Shown here one piece after another: positions 44,264 through 51,528 of a stretch of 64,000 nucleotides of DNA. The notes beneath the pieces were generated by a model. It saw nothing but the letters and a program-made list of their open reading frames with translations. It had not been told where the DNA came from and ran no database searches. Source of the stretch: an uncultured Ignavibacteriales bacterium (lineage in GTDB: Bacteria > Zixibacteria > MSB-5A5 > GN15 > FEB-12); assembly GCA_964557855.1 (NCBI GenBank), contig CAZLBP010000014.1, positions 13,653-77,652 of the forward strand, written 5' to 3'. The position numbers were made by a program, and so were the translations under genes. Within the stretch, counting starts at the first letter, position 1; every line of letters starts with the position of its first letter.

Positions 44264-45790
44264 ATGCCGAAATTGGTTGAATGTGTACCGAATTTCTCAG
44301 AAGGGCGCCGTCCGGAGGTGATCGATGCGATCTGCGACGCCATTACGTCAATTGATGGGGTCACATTGCTGGATAAGGAGATGGATCATGATCACAATCG
44401 GGCCGTGGTGACATTTGCCTGCCATCCCAGTCTGGCGGTCGACGCCGCTTTCGAAGGCTACAAGAAGGCTGCCGAATTGATCGATATGACCACGCACAAG
44501 GGGGAACATCCCCGAATGGGCGCCTGCGACGTGTGCCCGTTTATTCCTGTCCAGGATATGGAGATTGATGAGGCCATCGAACTGGCCAATCGTCTGGGCA
44601 AGCGCGTCGGCGAAGAGCTGCAGATTCCGGTCTACCTTTATGAAGATGCGGCCACCAGTCCCAAGAGAAGAAATCTGGCCAAAGTGCGCAAAGGCGAGTA
44701 CGAAGGGATGCGTGATCTGATCGGCAAGGACAAATCGCGCAATCCGGATTATGGACCGGCCCGGATGAACCTGAAGTCGGGCGCGACGGCGATCGGTGTC
44801 CGCTTCCCGCTGGTGGCATTTAACGTGTATCTAGGTACCAATGATAAGACCGTGGCGGACAAGATCGCCGATGCGGTGCGCTCTCTGCGGGGCGGCTACC
44901 GGTACGTGAAAGCACTGGGTTTTGACATCAAAGAACGCAATCAGGTTCAGATCTCAATGAACCTCGTCAACTATCCCAAAACCCCCATTTTTCGTGTCTT
45001 CGAAACGATTAAGTCCGAAGCGGCTCGGTACGGGGTCGCCGTTACTTCGTCAGAAATCGTAGGACTGGTTCCCAATGATGCAATGCTGGCAGTCTCTGAT
45101 TTCTATTTGCGGCTCGAGAACTTCTCGAAGGAACAAATCCTGGAAGAGAAGCTGATGTCGGCCGGCGCCGGGGCCGACACAGTCAAGGAAACGTTTTATG
45201 ACGAGGTGGCTTCCTCTTCGCCCGCGCCCGGTGGCGGGTCAGTGGCCGCGTCAGCCGGAGCGCTGGCGGCGGCATTGGCGTCTATGGTCAGTCGACTGAC
45301 CGTGAGCAAAAAACAGTACCAGGACGTCAAAAACGAAATGGAAACCATCCGGGACAAAGGAGACGAACTCCGTGCGGAGCTGACTACGCTGGTGGATACG
45401 GACAAGGATGCCTTCAATAAAGTCATGGAGACTTTCAAATTGCCGCAAGGCACCGACGAGGAGTCGGCGGCCCGCGACAAAGCGGTAGAAGGGGCCAACA
45501 AAGAGGCGGCTATGGTACCTCTGACGGTCATGAAGCGCTCACTCGAAGTGTTGCAGCTGGCTCAGGCGGTAGCTGAGCGCGGCAATGAGAATTCTATTAC
45601 CGACGCCGGCGTGGCCGGTTTAATGGGCATGGCGGCGGTTGACGGCGCCGGGTACAATGCGCGCATCAACCTGACTTCCGTGCACGACACCGATTTCGTG
45701 GTCAGACTTAAGAAGGAAGCCGAGGACATCAGCCAGGAGGCGCGTCGAGTTTCAGATGCAATCCGTCATCGGGTCGAAAGCAAGCTATAG
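44264..45790 (+). CDS. ftcD: Bifunctional glutamate formiminotransferase / formiminotetrahydrofolate cyclodeaminase
   Basis: N-terminus MPKLVECVPNFSEGRR. The C-terminal cyclodeaminase motif is SSPAPGGGSVAASAGALAAALASMV. Confidence 0.85.
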   Translation: MPKLVECVPNFSEGRRPEVIDAICDAITSIDGVTLLDKEMDHDHNRAVVTFACHPSLAVDAAFEGYKKAAELIDMTTHKGEHPRMGACDVCPFIPVQDMEIDEAIELANRLGKRVGEELQIPVYLYEDAATSPKRRNLAKVRKGEYEGMRDLIGKDKSRNPDYGPARMNLKSGATAIGVRFPLVAFNVYLGTNDKTVADKIADAVRSLRGGYRYVKALGFDIKERNQVQISMNLVNYPKTPIFRVFETIKSEAARYGVAVTSSEIVGLVPNDAMLAVSDFYLRLENFSKEQILEEKLMSAGAGADTVKETFYDEVASSSPAPGGGSVAASAGALAAALASMVSRLTVSKKQYQDVKNEMETIRDKGDELRAELTTLVDTDKDAFNKVMETFKLPQGTDEESAARDKAVEGANKEAAMVPLTVMKRSLEVLQLAQAVAERGNENSITDAGVAGLMGMAAVDGAGYNARINLTSVHDTDFVVRLKKEAEDISQEARRVSDAIRHRVESKL

Positions 45791-46627
45791 ATGCGGCAAT
45801 ATGTCGATCTGCATATGCATACCGATCATTCGGACGGTGTCACCACAACGGCGGACTTGCTGGCTTTGGTGCGCGAGAGAGATCTGGTGGCATTCTCTAT
45901 CACGGATCACGACACCATCAGCGGTTTTACCGAAGCTCGGACGTTACTGCGGGAGAATGATCCGGAACTCATACCGGGGCTGGAACTTTCGGTGTCCTTT
46001 GAAGAAGCCGATTTGCACCTGCTGACCTACGGATTCGATCCCGAATATGCTCCTTTGAACGAAGCCCTGGCGGAGTTTCGGGCCAGGCGGAACATCCGGG
46101 CCGTTAAAATGGTACAACTGCTAAACGATATGGGAGTCAACGTAACACTGGAAGCTATCCGCGAAATCACCGGACAGGCCGCAATCGGCCGGCCCCATAT
46201 TGCACAGGCGATCAACAATGTCGGCGCCGTACCAACCTATGAAGCGGCCTTCGAGAAATACATCGGCGACGGCAAACCGGCTTATGTGCCGAAGCTGAAT
46301 TTCACGCCGGCGGATTCGATTTCCGTTGTCCATCTAGCTGGTGGTGCAGCCATCCTGGCCCACCCCGGAATAGGCGAAACCTATCAGCATCTGGAGATGT
46401 TAGTGGAACTGGGCCTGGACGGTATTGAAGTTTACCATCCCGCCCATAAACAGAAGCAAATCGATCAGTTTAAGCATCTGGCCGAACGCTACCGACTCGT
46501 CATCACAGGCGGCTCGGATTATCATGGACGGATGGGTTGTTACGGTGATATCGGTTCACAGCGAGTACCGATCGATTGTCTGACCCGGCTCAAAGAACGT
46601 ATGCAACTTCGAAAGGGCGTATCGTGA
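45791..46627 (+). CDS. PHP-domain phosphoesterase (TrpH/YciV-like)
   Basis: VDLHMHTDHSDGV...FSITDHDT...LAHP...GGSDYHG. Confidence 0.8.
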   Translation: MRQYVDLHMHTDHSDGVTTTADLLALVRERDLVAFSITDHDTISGFTEARTLLRENDPELIPGLELSVSFEEADLHLLTYGFDPEYAPLNEALAEFRARRNIRAVKMVQLLNDMGVNVTLEAIREITGQAAIGRPHIAQAINNVGAVPTYEAAFEKYIGDGKPAYVPKLNFTPADSISVVHLAGGAAILAHPGIGETYQHLEMLVELGLDGIEVYHPAHKQKQIDQFKHLAERYRLVITGGSDYHGRMGCYGDIGSQRVPIDCLTRLKERMQLRKGVS

Positions 46628-48912
46628 AACGTCAACTCTTCCGGAAACCGATCTTCATCTCCCTGGGTCTCGTTGCGCTGATTCTGACCGAATCTTCCCG
46701 GGCCGAAACGTCGCTCCAGACCCAGCAACACATAATCGAAAACTACATGTACGTCACGGGCCAGCGGCAGCGGCTGCCCGGTCACCTGCTGGCGGTACAG
46801 GATTCTCTGGGGGAACTGCCCCCAATCAAGTGCGGCATGTCGGCTATCGCCGATTTCGTGCTGAACTACGACGAACTTGATCGAGGGCTCATGAAGGCCC
46901 TCGGCGTCACGCAAATCGAGCGTCCGACCGTCGTCAACGAGGAGACCTATGACAGCCCCGGAGGCTTCTTCAAGATCCACTTCGCCAGAACGGGCGAAGA
47001 CGCTGTTTACCAGGCCGATGTCGACAACAACGGCAACGGGATTCCGGATTACATCGATACCACGGCCTCGGTATTCGATTCCGTATACAACCATATCGTA
47101 AACGTCCTCGGTTATCCCAGCCCACCCTCGGACGGACCGTACAACGGCGGTGGTGACGGCAAATATGATATCTATATCAGGGACCTTCCGGGCGGTATAT
47201 ACGGTCAGGCCTGGATTGAGAACTACACAACTACGGATACGTTTTACCACGCCACCTCATTCATAGACCTGGACCGTAACTACGAGCACCTGACGCCCTA
47301 TGTGAATCGGCCTCTTGATGCAATTCGGGTAACGGCCGCGCACGAGTTTTTTCACGCCGTCCAGTTCGGCATAGATTTCACGGAGACGCCCATTTACGAA
47401 GACCAGTCGGGCAACCAGTTTGTCGCGCGCTACTGGATGGAAATGTCAGCCGTGTGGATGGAAGAGGAGATGTATGATGACATAAACGACTACTATCTCT
47501 ACCTGCCCTACTTCTTCCTCGATACGTTGCCGTATAACGCCTACCCGTATCAATCCATCCAGCAGTTCAAATCGTTCATTGACGTGCACCCGTACGCCTG
47601 CGGCATCTTTCCCATATTTCTTTCAGAGACGTTCGGACGGGACATTATTCGCGATATCTGGTTTGCATGCGAAGAACTCGGGCCAGAAGATCAATTCCTG
47701 GTCGCCGCCAATCAAGTTATTGATTCCATAAGTGACGGCGCCTGGAACTGGGCCACGGCCTTTCGCGAGTTCGTCCTGTGGAACTACTTCACCGGCCCCC
47801 GGGCGGATCTGGCGCCTGAGGGCGTGGGGTACCCGGAAAGACGGAACTTTCCCGGCTTCCGAGAAGTGCAGTCGGTAATACCCAGGTATTATGACTATCC
47901 GGTCTTTCAGTTCGGCAACAATAATCCGCTTAGTCCCCGCCATAATTCGGCGGCGTACGTGAGGTTCGTCGATCCGGATTTGATTTCCGGTGTTGACACC
48001 ACCTATCTGAGGTGCAGTGCCTTCAGGTGTGATGATTCTACCAGGGTGAATCGCAATGAGATACCCGGTGGCTTGCTTCGGCCGCCGTATTTCCGATTTG
48101 TTGACACGAGTACCTGTGATACGACGTTCTGGCGCTGTGACTCTTACGATGAGACGGAGTGTGTTGATAGTGTCAGGGTAGAAGATCCGCTGGATGGTTA
48201 TCAGTTCGTGCGCATCGACTCGGTGTTCGATGTCTGGGCCGCACTGGGAGACGGTATCTGCCGCGGGCTCATGACGCTTCCGCAACCGTGGGGGCTGAGT
48301 ATCATTTTCCAGATGAAAGATAATCAGGACGAATATGCCGTCGAGCGCTTGTTCCTGCCGGATGATGCCACGTCTCATCTGGAACTGCTTGATGTGGAGC
48401 AGTACAAGTCTATTACGCTGGCATTTTCTCCTGCATCGCCCGAACGCGCCCTGTACCGGCCCCACCCGTTTTACTATGCCATGGACCTGGGTTACTTTGC
48501 TGAGGATCAACTGGAAGTTGATTCTTCCGCCATAAGTCGCCCCAGTGCCGTGCTCACTCCCTATCCCAACCCGGCCGTGGTGTCGGAAATGTCGGGCCGG
48601 GTGGTCCGTTTTCGGTTTCAGATTGCTACGGATTCGAACGGTGTCCCGTTCTATCCCGACTCTATTGATGGTGACAGACCACATATCGTTGTTGATATCT
48701 ATAATGTGGCAGGAGAACGTGTTAGGACTGTGAGTGGCTACTCAGACTTCGTGATAAGCTCTGGGATTTGGGAGCTGAACTGGGACATGAAAAATGAGGC
48801 GCGGGATGACGTGGCGGCCGGAGTCTATATCTGCTATGCTCGCCTGTATTCGGCTGAGAAGAAAGGAGAGCTCTTGGCCGAGGATCACGCCAAGGTGGCT
48901 ATTATTCGATGA
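46624..48912 (+). CDS. Secreted putative zinc metalloprotease (HEFFH motif) with a FlgD-Ig/T9SS-like C-terminal domain
   Basis: GTG 46624 overlaps the PHP stop (GTGA). Signal sequence FISLGLVALILTESSRA. Motif AAHEFFHAVQFG. C-terminus PYPNP...VVDIYNVAGERV...WDMKNEARDDVAAGVYICYARL. Confidence 0.55.
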   Translation: MKRQLFRKPIFISLGLVALILTESSRAETSLQTQQHIIENYMYVTGQRQRLPGHLLAVQDSLGELPPIKCGMSAIADFVLNYDELDRGLMKALGVTQIERPTVVNEETYDSPGGFFKIHFARTGEDAVYQADVDNNGNGIPDYIDTTASVFDSVYNHIVNVLGYPSPPSDGPYNGGGDGKYDIYIRDLPGGIYGQAWIENYTTTDTFYHATSFIDLDRNYEHLTPYVNRPLDAIRVTAAHEFFHAVQFGIDFTETPIYEDQSGNQFVARYWMEMSAVWMEEEMYDDINDYYLYLPYFFLDTLPYNAYPYQSIQQFKSFIDVHPYACGIFPIFLSETFGRDIIRDIWFACEELGPEDQFLVAANQVIDSISDGAWNWATAFREFVLWNYFTGPRADLAPEGVGYPERRNFPGFREVQSVIPRYYDYPVFQFGNNNPLSPRHNSAAYVRFVDPDLISGVDTTYLRCSAFRCDDSTRVNRNEIPGGLLRPPYFRFVDTSTCDTTFWRCDSYDETECVDSVRVEDPLDGYQFVRIDSVFDVWAALGDGICRGLMTLPQPWGLSIIFQMKDNQDEYAVERLFLPDDATSHLELLDVEQYKSITLAFSPASPERALYRPHPFYYAMDLGYFAEDQLEVDSSAISRPSAVLTPYPNPAVVSEMSGRVVRFRFQIATDSNGVPFYPDSIDGDRPHIVVDIYNVAGERVRTVSGYSDFVISSGIWELNWDMKNEARDDVAAGVYICYARLYSAEKKGELLAEDHAKVAIIR

Positions 48913-49436
48913 TCCGGCGACCGTTTCTGCTGGCTCGAATTGCATTGTTTGCGGCTCTCGTTTATGTTCTGTCATGGGGTACATCGTATCTCCCCAACGT
49001 CAATTTCATTTTCATAATTGTCTTCTCCGCCGGGTTCCTGTGGGGCCTGATTCCGGGAATGGCTGTGGGTGCAATCGGCATGGGCCTGTGGACCCTGTTC
49101 AACCCCTATGGTCCGGCGCCGCTGCCGATTATGCTGGCTCAAACCATCGGTGCCTCCGGAAGCGGAATTGTGGGGGCGCTCTTCCGTCGAGTCGGGTGGG
49201 CCGGATTCGGCAAGAGCCAACTGATAATCGCGCTTGTCATAGCGGCCTGTCTGTCTACTCTGCTCTTCTACGTGCCGGTAAACGTGATTGACGCCTGGCT
49301 CTTCGGGCCTTTCACCGAGCGCTTCGTCGGCGGTATGTTATGGGCCGGGATATCTCTGGGATTCAACATCATCATTTTCCCGTTGCTATTCGGTGCTGCT
49401 CGATACTTATATGAACGCGAAGGCAAGATGGCGTAA
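48909..49436 (+). CDS. Small polytopic membrane protein (about 5 TM helices; ECF-transporter S-component-like)
   Basis: 175 aa, glycine-rich hydrophobic helices, ATGA overlap upstream and TAATG overlap downstream. The family call is tentative. Confidence 0.4.
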   Translation: MIRRPFLLARIALFAALVYVLSWGTSYLPNVNFIFIIVFSAGFLWGLIPGMAVGAIGMGLWTLFNPYGPAPLPIMLAQTIGASGSGIVGALFRRVGWAGFGKSQLIIALVIAACLSTLLFYVPVNVIDAWLFGPFTERFVGGMLWAGISLGFNIIIFPLLFGAARYLYEREGKMA

Positions 49437-51451
49437 TGCGATACGGATTTATACCGGTCATAAGTTTCGCTCTGGCATCTTTCTGTGCGGCACAGGAGAA
49501 GGAGCCCGATACCGTGATGATACCGGAAGTGACCGATACGGCGGCAGCGCCGGATACAGCGGTAACTTCGGATACAACGGAAGTTTCGGAAGAACCCGCC
49601 GACAGTTTGACGGACGGTGAAAGGGCCAGGCAATTGTTTGAAGAACGGGTCAAGCAGCACCAGGAAAAGCAACAGCGACTGCCGGGCTTTTCGTACTTCG
49701 ATTCACTCGTTGCCTACTTCACCAGCGATCGCCTCAATCGCCGGAGTGATATCGCTATGTCCTGGTACCACGATGCCGGCGATTATTTCCGGTTCAATCC
49801 GTCTTACACGATTCTGGAGCACCAGGTGACACCGATGCGGAAGACGGTGCAGCCGTTCGGTCTGTCCGGGAACCGTCTGAACCTGCTGGTGGACGGCGTT
49901 CAATTCCGTCCGTTCGAGCACATACCGGAGCCGGATGGTCTGGCGGATATGAGCGATATTCCGACCGCCCTGAACCACGACGTTTACCTCCTTCCCGGTG
50001 CTGTGGGACAGGTGTTCGGCGGCGAGAGTTCCGTCGCCACGTTGTTGACCCGGCCGGAGACACCGCGGTCCTTTGCCTCGCAAAGCGCGCTTCTGGCCGA
50101 CCGCGGTTCGTTCGAATATAACTATATCCAAGGGCGTTATTCTAAACGCTTCTTTCGCGGTCGGCGGATTGATATGTCTATCGGGTATCGCAACGGCGAC
50201 GGTCCTTTCCTCAATCGCCAGTCCGATCAATATCACTATTATGGGGACATGTACTTTCCTCTCGGAGAAAAGTACGGACTACACACGTGGGGTCACCTGA
50301 ACGATCGGGATGGTCCGCTCGTGGTCAGGCCCGAAGCAGGCGGCATCGCTGTGTCCCGGAACAAATTCGACCGCGCCCTGCGCGTGTCTCTGACACGCGA
50401 TAATAAGGAGCGGACATCACACTGGGAAACCGGCTATCAACACCTGCGCCAGGGATCTTATCTCACGGGGTTGTTAAAGGGGCGCTTCAATAAAACCGGT
50501 CACGGTCTTTTCGCCGTCCGCCAATGGATGCGCGGATCGACAATCGTGTCCTCCCGGTTCGAAGCCGACTATCTGGAGTACGATGACGGTTTCGACAAAC
50601 GACAACGTCACAGCGGCGCAATGTTGTTCCAAATCGCCAGGTTGAATGAGGGCTGGCGCTGGTCGGCCAGCGCCGGTGGTGACTGGATCGAGGAGTTCGG
50701 ATTTCTGCCGAGCGCCGCATTCTTACTCTTTCGAGAGGGGGATTTGTCGTTGTTGATGCTGTCTGCCGGCTACAGTGAGCGCGCCCCGACATTGCACGAA
50801 TTGTATTTGCCGTATCAGTCCTCGCCGGTGTATGGAAACCCGCCCCCGGTGTATATCGAAGAGGGCAACCAGGGCCTCGAAGCGGAAAAACAACTGGTAG
50901 GGAACGTGCTGCTCCAATTTGGATCCAACACTACGAATATACAGGCGTCTGTAACCGCCGGCAAGATTACCGACGGGATCGACTGGCGACACCGGGACTC
51001 GGCCGATCAGGTGGTACGGTTCGCCCCGATCAACGGCGATATTGACTTCACGAATGTTATGATTCAGCCGCGCATGAAACTGTATGACTTCCTCACCTGC
51101 CTGGGCGGCGTCTCTTTTCGCAACATTGAGTACGGAGCTTTCGAGAACAAAGCCTACAGCCCGGACTTGCAGGCGTTTTCCGCCCTGGAATTGCATGTGT
51201 TCTGGCCCAAAACACTGATGGATTTGTTTGCCTATGGCGAGCTGACGTACGTCGGCGCCTATCAAGGATACAGCGGTCAGGATTTGGGCGAAGAGCTGGT
51301 CGCGAACGTCAAGCTGTCCTTCGCCGTAAAGGACTACCGGATGCACTTCGTATGGAAAAACGTGCTGAGCAATATCTACCGATCGCGAGAATTCCTGAGC
51401 ATGACCGGCAGGTACTACTACTACGGATTGATCTGGGAATTTCTGAATTAG
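49436..51451 (+). CDS. TonB-dependent-receptor-like outer-membrane protein
   Basis: Signal peptide and an acidic low-complexity linker. The plug-like segment is NRLNLLVDGVQFRP...DVYLLPGAVGQVFGGESSVATLLTRPE, followed by a long beta-rich C-terminus. Confidence 0.45.
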   Translation: MRYGFIPVISFALASFCAAQEKEPDTVMIPEVTDTAAAPDTAVTSDTTEVSEEPADSLTDGERARQLFEERVKQHQEKQQRLPGFSYFDSLVAYFTSDRLNRRSDIAMSWYHDAGDYFRFNPSYTILEHQVTPMRKTVQPFGLSGNRLNLLVDGVQFRPFEHIPEPDGLADMSDIPTALNHDVYLLPGAVGQVFGGESSVATLLTRPETPRSFASQSALLADRGSFEYNYIQGRYSKRFFRGRRIDMSIGYRNGDGPFLNRQSDQYHYYGDMYFPLGEKYGLHTWGHLNDRDGPLVVRPEAGGIAVSRNKFDRALRVSLTRDNKERTSHWETGYQHLRQGSYLTGLLKGRFNKTGHGLFAVRQWMRGSTIVSSRFEADYLEYDDGFDKRQRHSGAMLFQIARLNEGWRWSASAGGDWIEEFGFLPSAAFLLFREGDLSLLMLSAGYSERAPTLHELYLPYQSSPVYGNPPPVYIEEGNQGLEAEKQLVGNVLLQFGSNTTNIQASVTAGKITDGIDWRHRDSADQVVRFAPINGDIDFTNVMIQPRMKLYDFLTCLGGVSFRNIEYGAFENKAYSPDLQAFSALELHVFWPKTLMDLFAYGELTYVGAYQGYSGQDLGEELVANVKLSFAVKDYRMHFVWKNVLSNIYRSREFLSMTGRYYYYGLIWEFLN

Positions 51452-51470
51452 GGTGCTCGTGTCAGGAAGA

Positions 51471-51494
51471 AAGGCCGGTCGCCCGACCGGCCTT
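51471..51494. terminator. Bidirectional terminator hairpin between convergent genes
   Basis: AAGGCCGGTCG-CC-CGACCGGCCTT, with CGTCGTTTT downstream on the plus strand. Confidence 0.5.
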
Positions 51495-51528
51495 CGTCGT
51501 TTTGTGCAGGCGCCGATCCCTGTGCCCG

